A stretch of 64,000 bases of DNA. It comes from Elusimicrobiota bacterium. GTDB taxonomy: Bacteria > Elusimicrobiota > Elusimicrobia > UBA1565 > UBA9628. Position 1 is the first letter of the stretch. Each line of letters starts with the position of its first letter. The stretch covers positions 24-64,023 of the forward strand of contig JACPOW010000076.1 of assembly GCA_016191335.1 (NCBI GenBank). Direction: 5' to 3'. Position numbers and translations under genes: made by a program. Positions 35,288 to 43,010 of this stretch are shown piece by piece. The notes below the pieces were generated by a model. It searched no databases, was not told where the DNA came from, and worked only from the letters and a program-made list of their open reading frames with translations.

Positions 35288-36487
35288 TCAGGCCGCGGCG
35301 TCGACGCCGCGCCCGCTCGCGGCCGGGAGGCTGACGAGCAGCTCGCTGTTGCGCCCGGTGCCGAAGGCGCGCACGTCGCCTCCGTAGGCGGCCAGGGCGC
35401 GCCGTTGGGCGGCCAAGGGCGGAGGCGTGCTTTCCTCCGGCGCGGCGAACTTCAGGCGGGCCCGGACCTCCTTCTCCTCGGCCTGGATGAGGACCGTCAG
35501 GCGCGAGCCGGGCTTGGCCCGGGTGCAGACGATGGTGACGAGCTCGAGCAGGGCCTGCTGGATGTGCGGCGCGCTCCCGCGCGCGGCCGGAAGGCCGGGC
35601 GCGATGTTCGTCTCCAGGGACAGGCCCCGGTCGTTGATGGTGTGCGCGACGAGGGTCAGGACCTGCTCCGTCATGCGGTCCAGGCGGCACTCGGCGACCT
35701 CTTCCCCCTGGCGCCGGCGCAGGACGTCGGCGGTCAGCCGGCCGAGAGCGCGCGCGGCCGATTCGATGCGCTCGGCGTCGCCCGCCAGGGGCGACGCCTC
35801 CTTGAGCTCCCGGCGGAGGACCTCCGCGCTGCCGAGGATCACGGCGAGGCGCGCGTGCACGTCGTAGATGATCCCCTCCATGAACCCGGCCCGCCCGGAG
35901 CCGTCGAAGCGGGAGCGCTCGCCGCGGTCGATGTCGGCGCTGAGGCGGTCGAGGTCGGCGCGGGCCAGGTCGAGAGCCTCGCGCGCGCTGCGCTCGCGCC
36001 GCGCGAAGCGCGAGGTCACCCCCGCGGAGATGACGAGCACGATCGATTTGATGGCCAGCTCCGCGGCCGTCAGGGAGACGGGCTCCCCGTCCTCCGGACC
36101 GAGGTGCAGCGCGGCGAGGAAGGCGCAGGAGAAGACCGCGGCCATGACCACGTGGCGCGCCTGCAGGTAGAGGCAGGCCGTGAAGATGGGAAGGAGGTAC
36201 ATCGGCCAGAAGCCCGAGTTCTCCCCGCCCGAGAAAGCCAGGACCGCGGTGACGAGGACGGTGTTGACCGCCATCGAGATCATCGGGACGAACCAGACCT
36301 CGCCGCGGCGGCGGAGGGCGAGCTGATACGCGAGGTTGAACGCCAGCAGCCCGGCGAACGCCCATAGGATGCCCGGGGAGGAGAAGTGAGGGTTGTCCCG
36401 GCCCAGGACGGCCACCGCGCCCATGCAGATGGAGAAGGCGATCTCCTGGAACTTGAACGGGGAGTGCGCCGGCGCCTCGGTCCTCAC
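35288..36487 (-). CDS. Membrane histidine-kinase-like protein with a degenerate ATP-binding domain
   Basis: Five or six N-terminal TM segments, a coiled linker and an H-box-like IYDVHARLAVILGSAEVL. The C-terminal domain lacks the N-box Asn and the DxGxG (G1) motif. Confidence 0.55.
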   Translation of the reverse strand: MRTEAPAHSPFKFQEIAFSICMGAVAVLGRDNPHFSSPGILWAFAGLLAFNLAYQLALRRRGEVWFVPMISMAVNTVLVTAVLAFSGGENSGFWPMYLLPIFTACLYLQARHVVMAAVFSCAFLAALHLGPEDGEPVSLTAAELAIKSIVLVISAGVTSRFARRERSAREALDLARADLDRLSADIDRGERSRFDGSGRAGFMEGIIYDVHARLAVILGSAEVLRRELKEASPLAGDAERIESAARALGRLTADVLRRRQGEEVAECRLDRMTEQVLTLVAHTINDRGLSLETNIAPGLPAARGSAPHIQQALLELVTIVCTRAKPGSRLTVLIQAEEKEVRARLKFAAPEESTPPPLAAQRRALAAYGGDVRAFGTGRNSELLVSLPAASGRGVDAAA

Positions 36488-36592
36488 GGGGCCAGTTTAG
36501 CCCCGTTCCTCCGCCCCGTCAATGGGCGTATCGGCCGAGATTTGCTATCCTCAAACAGCGCCAAATCCCCCTATCTCGACGGAGATCAGCCC

Positions 36593-38098
36593 ATGACCAC
36601 CGCCGCCCTCCCCGACGTCCACCCCCTTCTGAAGGAATTCCTCGGGCGTAAGGTCCACAAGCTCCTCATCGACGGCCAGCCCGCCGACGCGGCGTCCGGC
36701 AAGACCTTCGCGACCCTGAATCCCGCGACCGGCGAGGCCCTCGGGACCGTCGCCGAGGCCGATTCCGCCGACGTCGACCGCGCCGTCGCCGCCGCGCGCA
36801 AGGCCCTGGAAGGCCCGTGGTCGAAGATGTCCCCCGCCGAACGCGAGAAGGTCCTTCACAAGGCCGCCGACCTGCTCGAGGCCCGCGCCGAGGCCTTCGC
36901 CCAGCTCGAGTCGCTCGACAACGGCAAGCCGATCCGCGAGGCCAAGAACGGCGACCTGCCCCTGGCCATCGGGCTGCTGCGCTACTTCGGCGGCTGGCCG
37001 ACGAAGATCCACGGCGAGACGACCCCCGTCTCCGTCCCTTATTTCCCCGGAGCCAAGTTCCTCCATTACACGGTGCGCGAGCCCGTCGGCGTCGTCGGCG
37101 CGATCATCCCGTGGAACTTCCCCCTGCTGATGGCCGTCGAGCGCCTCGCGCCGGCCCTGGCCTGCGGCAACGCGATCGTCCTCAAGCCGGCCGAGCAGAC
37201 GCCGCTCTCCGCGCTGCTGCTCGGCGAGCTCCTGCTCGAGGCCGGCGTCCCCGCCGGCGTCGTGAACGTGGTCCCCGGCTTCGGCCCCACGGCCGGAGCG
37301 GCCATCTCCCGGCACATGGGCATCGACAAGGTCACCTTCACCGGCTCGACCGAGGTCGGCCGCGAGGTCGTGAAGGCCTCGGCCGGGAACATGAAGCGCA
37401 TCTCGATGGAGCTGGGCGGCAAGTCCCCCAACATCGTGTTCGCCGACGCGGACCTCGAAGCCGCGGCCAAGGGCATCTTCATGGGCATCTTCTACAACCA
37501 GGGCCAGTGCTGCTCCGCCGGCTCCCGGGTCTTCATCGAGCGCCCCGCCTACGACAAGATGGTGGCCGCGCTCGCCGACCGCGCCAAAACCGTCAAGCAG
37601 GGCAATCCTCTGGACCCCAAGACGCACATGGGACCGCTCGTCTCGGCCGAACAGCGCGACCGCGTCCTCTCCTACATCGAGTCCGGGAAGAAGGAAGGCG
37701 CGCAGCTGCTCGCCGGCGGCGCGGCCGCCGCGGGCCCCGGCTACTTCGTCCAGCCCACCGTGTTCGGCGGCGTGAAGGACGAGATGAAGATCTCCCGCGA
37801 GGAGATCTTCGGACCGGTCGTCTCCGTCATGCCGTTCGACACCCTCGACGAGGTCATGGCCCGCGCCAACTCCACCGATTACGGCCTGGTCGCCGCCGTC
37901 TGGACCAAGGACGTCAAGAAGGCCCATCAGGCCGCCGCCAAGCTCAAGGCCGGCACGGTCTGGATCAACTGCTACCACTTCGTCGACGCCGCCGCCCCGT
38001 GGGGCGGCGTGAAGCAATCCGGCTACGGCCGCGAGAAGGGTCAGTACGCGCTCGAGAACTACACCGCGCTCAAGTCGGTGTGGGTGGACCTGAACTGA
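36593..38098 (+). CDS. NAD(P)-dependent aldehyde dehydrogenase
   Basis: Start trimmed to MTTAALPD (GGAG lies 8 nt upstream). IPWNFPLLM, FTGSTEVG, catalytic ELGGKSP and FYNQGQCCSAGSR. Confidence 0.9.
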   Translation: MTTAALPDVHPLLKEFLGRKVHKLLIDGQPADAASGKTFATLNPATGEALGTVAEADSADVDRAVAAARKALEGPWSKMSPAEREKVLHKAADLLEARAEAFAQLESLDNGKPIREAKNGDLPLAIGLLRYFGGWPTKIHGETTPVSVPYFPGAKFLHYTVREPVGVVGAIIPWNFPLLMAVERLAPALACGNAIVLKPAEQTPLSALLLGELLLEAGVPAGVVNVVPGFGPTAGAAISRHMGIDKVTFTGSTEVGREVVKASAGNMKRISMELGGKSPNIVFADADLEAAAKGIFMGIFYNQGQCCSAGSRVFIERPAYDKMVAALADRAKTVKQGNPLDPKTHMGPLVSAEQRDRVLSYIESGKKEGAQLLAGGAAAAGPGYFVQPTVFGGVKDEMKISREEIFGPVVSVMPFDTLDEVMARANSTDYGLVAAVWTKDVKKAHQAAAKLKAGTVWINCYHFVDAAAPWGGVKQSGYGREKGQYALENYTALKSVWVDLN

Positions 38099-38886
38099 TG
38101 CCCGTCGCCGCCGCCGAGGTCCTCGTCGAGGTCGACGGAAAGATAGGGATCGTCACGCTCAATCGCCCGCAAGCGCTCAACGCGTTGTCGATCTCCGTGA
38201 TGGACGCGGTGGTCGAAGCGTTGGGCGGTTTCGATCGTGACCCGAGCATCCACGCCATGGTGCTGGCCGGCCTCCCCCGCGCCTTCGCCGCCGGCGCCGA
38301 CATCGGCGAGATGAAGAACATCACCGGCGGCGCAGCCGCCGAAAAGCAGCTCGCGCGCCACCTGTCGAACTGGGACAAGATCGGTCTCTTGAAAAAGCCG
38401 GTCATCGCCGCCGTGTCGGGCTTCGCGTTGGGCGGCGGATGTGAATTGGCGATGGCCTGCGACATGATCATCGCGTCGGAAACCGCCGTCTTCGGTCAGC
38501 CGGAGGTATTGATAGGCGTGATACCCGGCGCGGGAGGCACCCAGAGATTGACCAAGGCCGTCGGCAAGCAATTGTCGATGGAGATGAGCCTCACGGGCCG
38601 AAAGCTCAGCGCGCGTGAAGCTTTTTCTTTCGGTCTGGTGAACAAGGTGGTCCCCGTCGAATCGTTTTTAAGCGAAGCCAAAAAATTGGCTCATACGATC
38701 GCGGCTCAACCGCCACTCGCCGTGCAGGCCGCGAAAGCTTCGGTCCGCGAAGCCGTCGATTCGAAGTTGTCGGAAGGTCTGTCATTCGAGCGCCAGTCGT
38801 TTTTCCGTTTGTTCGACACCCAGGACCAGAAAGAAGGCATGAAGGCTTTCTCCGAAAAACGAAAGCCCGTCTGGACCGGAAAATAG
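38098..38886 (+). CDS. Enoyl-CoA hydratase/isomerase (crotonase), PaaF-like
   Basis: The ATG shares one nt with the ALDH stop (TGATG). IVTLNRPQALNAL, FAAGADIGEM, AAVSGFALGGGCELAMACD, FGQPEVLIGVIPGAGGTQRL. Confidence 0.9.
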   Translation: MPVAAAEVLVEVDGKIGIVTLNRPQALNALSISVMDAVVEALGGFDRDPSIHAMVLAGLPRAFAAGADIGEMKNITGGAAAEKQLARHLSNWDKIGLLKKPVIAAVSGFALGGGCELAMACDMIIASETAVFGQPEVLIGVIPGAGGTQRLTKAVGKQLSMEMSLTGRKLSAREAFSFGLVNKVVPVESFLSEAKKLAHTIAAQPPLAVQAAKASVREAVDSKLSEGLSFERQSFFRLFDTQDQKEGMKAFSEKRKPVWTGK

Positions 38887-38887
38887 C

Positions 38888-39673
38888 ATGGATCTCCTGA
38901 ACGAGCAGAAAGACGGCGTCCTCACCCTCACCTTGAACCGCCCCGAAGTCCTCAACGCGTTGACCCTCGACATGATGAAGGGCATCCGCGAAGCGCTCAA
39001 AAAAGCGTCCACGGACAAAGCCGTTAAGGCCGTGATTCTGACCGCGAGCGGCCGCGCCTTCTGCGCCGGCGCCGACCTCGGCGACCTCAAGAAGCGCCAG
39101 TCCGTCTCCTCCTTCTCCCTCGGCGACGAGCTGCGCGACCACTTCAACCCCCTCGTCGCTCAGATCCGCAAGCTGGAAAAGCCGGTCATCGGGGCCATCA
39201 ACGGCTTGGCGGCCGGCGCCGGCGCCAGCATCATTTTGAGCGCAGACCTGAAGGTCTGCGCTCAAAACGCCACTTTTTTGAATGCGTTCGTGCGCGTCGG
39301 CCTCGTCCCCGACTCCGGCATGACCTACTCCCTGCCGCGCTTCCTCGGCTACTCCAAGGCCCTCGAGCACATGTGGCTGGCCAAGCCCGTCACCGCCGAG
39401 CAGGCGCTCGCGTGCGGCCTCGTCAACAAGGTCGTCCCCGCCGAGTCCGTCCTCGTCGAGGCCCAGCTGCTCGCCGCCGAGCTCGTGAAGATGCCGCCGC
39501 TGGCCCTCGCGCTGACCAAGCGCGCCGTCAACCGCTCGCTCGAGGCCGCCTCGCTCGACGAGCAGATGGAGTACGAGGCCCAGCTTCAGGAAATCCTCGG
39601 CCGCACCTCCGATCACGCCGAAGGCGTGAGCGCCTTCCTCGAGAAACGCCCCGCCCAGTTCAAAGGAGAATGA
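38888..39673 (+). CDS. Enoyl-CoA hydratase/isomerase (crotonase), PaaG-like
   Basis: LTLNRPEVLNAL, FCAGADLGDL, GAINGLAAGAGASIILSAD, VRVGLVPDSGMTYSLPR. Confidence 0.85.
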   Translation: MDLLNEQKDGVLTLTLNRPEVLNALTLDMMKGIREALKKASTDKAVKAVILTASGRAFCAGADLGDLKKRQSVSSFSLGDELRDHFNPLVAQIRKLEKPVIGAINGLAAGAGASIILSADLKVCAQNATFLNAFVRVGLVPDSGMTYSLPRFLGYSKALEHMWLAKPVTAEQALACGLVNKVVPAESVLVEAQLLAAELVKMPPLALALTKRAVNRSLEAASLDEQMEYEAQLQEILGRTSDHAEGVSAFLEKRPAQFKGE

Positions 39674-39674
39674 G

Positions 39675-40502
39675 ATGACCCTCGAACCGAACCGCGTCCG
39701 CGAAGAGAAGCTCCTCGCCAAGATCGCCAAAGGCCAGAAGATCACCGAGCTGTCCGAGATGAGCGACGAGTACCGCGAGCACCTCACCAACCTGATGTCC
39801 ATGCAGGCCGACTCCGAGCTGGCCGGCGCGTTCGGCTACGTGCCGTGGATCCAGAAGTCCCCCGACATCAAGGAGACCCTCCAGGTCGCGCAGATCGTCA
39901 AGGACGAGGTGCGCCACGCGCGGGTGATGTACCGCCTGCTCGAGGGCATGGGCGTGGATGTCGACGAGTACTACAAGAGCCACAACTTCAACCTGCGCGT
40001 GGACTCCGACGACCTCGGGACCCTGCGCGCGGCCGACGACAAGCGCGTCAACATCTTCTACTACCCCATCGAGACCTGGTACGACTTCATCATGTTCAAC
40101 TTCTGCATGGACCGCGGCGCGGGCCACCAGCTCGAGGACTCCCTCGACTGCTCCTACAAGCCCTGGTGCGACGGCATGGAGGGCATCTTCAAGGAAGAGG
40201 AGATGCACATGGCCCACGGCGACCAGTGGGCCAAGAGGCTGTCCGAGGACCCGAAGACGCACGGCGACCTCCAGAAGGCCTTCGACAAGTGGTACCCGCG
40301 CACGATGAACATCTTCGGCCGCGCGAACTCGCCGAAGAACGCGATCTACCGCAAGTACGGCCTCAAGAAACGCGACAACGACGAGGTCCGGCAGGCCTTC
40401 GCCGCCGACATCAAGGACAAGGCCGCGAAGTTCGGCTTGAAGGTCCCCGCGTGGACGCCGGTCGCGGCCAAGATGTCCGAAGAGCCTTTCATCCCCGGCT
40501 GA
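39675..40502 (+). CDS. PaaA-family ferritin-like di-iron oxygenase subunit (stand-alone)
   Basis: Aligns by eye with E. coli PaaA (recalled from memory): YREHLTNLMSMQADSELAG vs YRKTLIRQIGQHAHSEIVG; VKDEVRHARV vs VQDEAGHGLY (ExxH); FKEEEMHMAHG vs CKEESFHQRQG (ExxH); WYPRTMNIFG vs WWPALMMFG. Confidence 0.75.
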   Translation: MTLEPNRVREEKLLAKIAKGQKITELSEMSDEYREHLTNLMSMQADSELAGAFGYVPWIQKSPDIKETLQVAQIVKDEVRHARVMYRLLEGMGVDVDEYYKSHNFNLRVDSDDLGTLRAADDKRVNIFYYPIETWYDFIMFNFCMDRGAGHQLEDSLDCSYKPWCDGMEGIFKEEEMHMAHGDQWAKRLSEDPKTHGDLQKAFDKWYPRTMNIFGRANSPKNAIYRKYGLKKRDNDEVRQAFAADIKDKAAKFGLKVPAWTPVAAKMSEEPFIPG

Positions 40503-40504
40503 CG

Positions 40505-41173
40505 GTGGGCAGGCTCCTCGACGAGGTACGCGACCGCGCGCTGACGCGCCCCTGGCTGATCGTGCCGCCCCTGCTGGGGCTGCTCGGCCAGAACCTCCTG
40601 TCCTTGCTCTCCCCCGGCCTGCCCGGCTCCCTCATGCTGGGCGTCCTGCTCGGCGCTCTGATGACCGTCGTGGTGACGACGGCCTTCGCCGAGCTGTGGC
40701 TCGGCGACGGACGGAGCGTGGACCCGGGGCGGCTCGTCGAGACCGGGACCTTGTTCCTCATCCCCTACCCGCTGCTGCTCGTGTTCGGCCTGACGACGAC
40801 GCCGCTGGCCTACTGGCTCCTCCACGCGGACCTGGCCCAGGGCGTCTCCATGGCGGGCCTGTACGCCCTCCTCGCCGCGGGCAAGCTGATGGCCTTCGCG
40901 CTGGGCGCCGTCTCCTCGATCGCGGCCGCCCGGCGGCGGGATTCGTCCGGGGCGCTCGGCGCCCTGCTCCTCGGCTTCCGCGCCCTGCGGGCGAACGCCG
41001 GCTTCTTCTTCGTCCTGCTCGCGGGGTTCTGGGCGTTCCAGGAGGGCTGCGTCATCCTCACGCGCGCCCTGGCCCCGGGCCTGCTCGACCGCTTCTTCAC
41101 CACGGTGATCCCCCTCTTCGCCTGCGTCGCCTTCCCCATCGAGGCCTGGCGCTCGGGCCGCCTGAAGGCATGA
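40505..41173 (+). CDS. Multi-pass membrane protein, hypothetical
   Basis: GTG start 2 nt after the PaaA-like stop, in frame. 222 aa with 5-6 hydrophobic segments. Confidence 0.5.
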   Translation: MGRLLDEVRDRALTRPWLIVPPLLGLLGQNLLSLLSPGLPGSLMLGVLLGALMTVVVTTAFAELWLGDGRSVDPGRLVETGTLFLIPYPLLLVFGLTTTPLAYWLLHADLAQGVSMAGLYALLAAGKLMAFALGAVSSIAAARRRDSSGALGALLLGFRALRANAGFFFVLLAGFWAFQEGCVILTRALAPGLLDRFFTTVIPLFACVAFPIEAWRSGRLKA

Positions 41174-42183
41174 GGCCGGCCGCCGGCGTCTTCGCCGCGG
41201 CGCTCGTCGCCCGTCTGGCGTTCTGGCGCCTCCAGGGCACGCTCCCGCTCGCCGGCGACGCGCTCGAGTACGACGCGTTCGCGCGCAGCCTCGTCGAGGC
41301 CGGCCGCTATCTCGGGCCTTCCGGCGAGGCCGCCTCCCGCATGCCGGGCTACCCCCTGTTCCTCGCCGGCCTGCGCGTCCTCTTCGGCGCGTCCCCCGAG
41401 GCGGTGATCGTCGCCCAGTGCCTCCTCGGCGGCCTGACCTGCGTGATCCTGCTCGACCTCGCGCGGCGCTTCGTCCCCGAGAAGTGGGCGCTCGCCTGCG
41501 GCCTGATCGCGGCGCTCTATTACGACCTGATCGTCCCCGCCGCGGCCCCCCTCAGCGAGTGCCTGTACAGCTTCCTCCTCGTGCTTTCCGTCTGGTGCCT
41601 GTACCATCCGTCGTGGAAGCCCCTGCGCCGCGCCGTCGCCTTCGCCGCGCTGTCCGCCTGCCTCTATCTCGTGAGGCCCGAGCCTCTGCCCTACATCGTC
41701 TGCTCGATATTCCTTATGCCCTATATCTGGGCAAAATTCTCCCGCAAGGAGGTGCTCTCCGCGCTGGCCGTCTTCGCCTTGATCGTCGGCGTATGGGTCG
41801 GGAGGAATTTCGCGGTCCTCGGACGCTTCATGCCCGCCAGCTCGGTCGGCTGGACCTACGTCTTCATCGTCCCGTTCTGGCTCCTCGGCTGCGCGGTCGC
41901 GGCGCGGCGCAAGGAGCTGTGGCCGGTCGCCGGCGCGGTGCTGTGCTCCCTGTCCGTGTTCACCTTCTTCGGCGGCTACGCCTCGCGCTACCGCCAGGGC
42001 GTCTCCCCGTTCATCGTGCTCCTCGCCGTCGCCGGCATGAAGGCCGCCTACGACGCCGCCGGAGAGAAGCGCTTCAAGGTCTTCACCTCGGCGTGGCTGG
42101 GCGCGAACGTCCTGATCTGGGTCTTCCAAGGCCAGGCCCGGTCGGCCGCGCTGTGGCTCAGGGCCGTCTCGTGGGGGCACTGA
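41170..42183 (+). CDS. Integral membrane protein, GT-C (ArnT/PMT, GT39/83)-like glycosyltransferase candidate
   Basis: ATGA overlap with the upstream gene. 337 aa with about 9 TM segments. The first loop, GDALEYDAFARSLVEAGRY..MPGYPLFLA, resembles the acidic first-loop motif of GT-C enzymes. It is shorter than typical family members. Confidence 0.45.
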   Translation: MRPAAGVFAAALVARLAFWRLQGTLPLAGDALEYDAFARSLVEAGRYLGPSGEAASRMPGYPLFLAGLRVLFGASPEAVIVAQCLLGGLTCVILLDLARRFVPEKWALACGLIAALYYDLIVPAAAPLSECLYSFLLVLSVWCLYHPSWKPLRRAVAFAALSACLYLVRPEPLPYIVCSIFLMPYIWAKFSRKEVLSALAVFALIVGVWVGRNFAVLGRFMPASSVGWTYVFIVPFWLLGCAVAARRKELWPVAGAVLCSLSVFTFFGGYASRYRQGVSPFIVLLAVAGMKAAYDAAGEKRFKVFTSAWLGANVLIWVFQGQARSAALWLRAVSWGH

Positions 42184-42184
42184 C

Positions 42185-42958
42185 ATGACCGGGCAAGCCA
42201 ATCAGCAGGAGTGGAACTACCTCTGGAGCAACCTCCAGGACAACGACGAATGGCTGTTCCGCGCGTGGATCCACCCCAACACGCTGGAGAGCTTCGCCGG
42301 CAAGACCGTGATGGACGGCGGCTGCGGCCCCGGGCATCACGCGCGCCTGTCCGCGAAGTTCGCCAGGCGCGTCGTCGGCGTGGACCTCAACACCTCCCCG
42401 ATCGCCCGGGAGAAGCTCAAGGACCTTCCCAACGTGGAGATCGTCTCCGGGGACATCGCCAAGTGGGACAGCGGCGAGCGCTTCGACGTGGTGTATTCCG
42501 TCGGCGTCGTGCATCACACCCAGGACCCCGACGCGACGGCGGCGCATCTGAAAACGCTCGTGAAGTCCGGCGGGCGGATCATCTTCTGGCTGTATTCGCG
42601 GGAAGGGAACGGATTCGTGTACTGGGTCCTGGAGCCGCTCAAGAAATACTTCCTGGATTTCCTTCCGCGCGGCGTGGTCATGTTCCTGAGCCACATACTG
42701 ACCGTCGTCGGCTCGATCCTGATGCAGACCTTCTACAGGCTTCCTCTGCCGGAGAGCTTCCCCTACTACACCTATTGTAAAAATCTCCGGGACTCGACCT
42801 ATCAACGGCGATTATTGAACGTCTTCGACAAGCTCAACGCCCCCACGACCCACCTGATCACCGAGGCGCAGGCCCGGTCCTGGGTCGCCGGCTGGAAGGA
42901 CGCTCACGTGGATTTCTACGTCGGGACCTCGTGGCGGGTCTCCGCCACGAAGCCATGA
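42185..42958 (+). CDS. Class I SAM-dependent methyltransferase
   Basis: Motif I VMDGGCGPGHH, post-I VVGVDLN, motif II/III ..FDVVYSVGVVHH..GGRIIFWLY. Confidence 0.8.
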   Translation: MTGQANQQEWNYLWSNLQDNDEWLFRAWIHPNTLESFAGKTVMDGGCGPGHHARLSAKFARRVVGVDLNTSPIAREKLKDLPNVEIVSGDIAKWDSGERFDVVYSVGVVHHTQDPDATAAHLKTLVKSGGRIIFWLYSREGNGFVYWVLEPLKKYFLDFLPRGVVMFLSHILTVVGSILMQTFYRLPLPESFPYYTYCKNLRDSTYQRRLLNVFDKLNAPTTHLITEAQARSWVAGWKDAHVDFYVGTSWRVSATKP

Positions 42959-42969
42959 CGAGAGCGGCA

Positions 42970-42998
42970 TTGACTCGCCTCCTCGACGGGGCTATCCT
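42970..42998 (+). promoter_or_regulatory. Sigma70-type promoter candidate TTGACT-17-TATCCT upstream of the radical SAM gene
   Basis: TTGACT at 42970..42975, exactly 17 nt of spacer, then TATCCT at 42993..42998. AAGGGGAAG Shine-Dalgarno and the ATG at 43011 follow. Confidence 0.5.
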
Positions 42999-43010
42999 TA
43001 AGGGGAAGAC

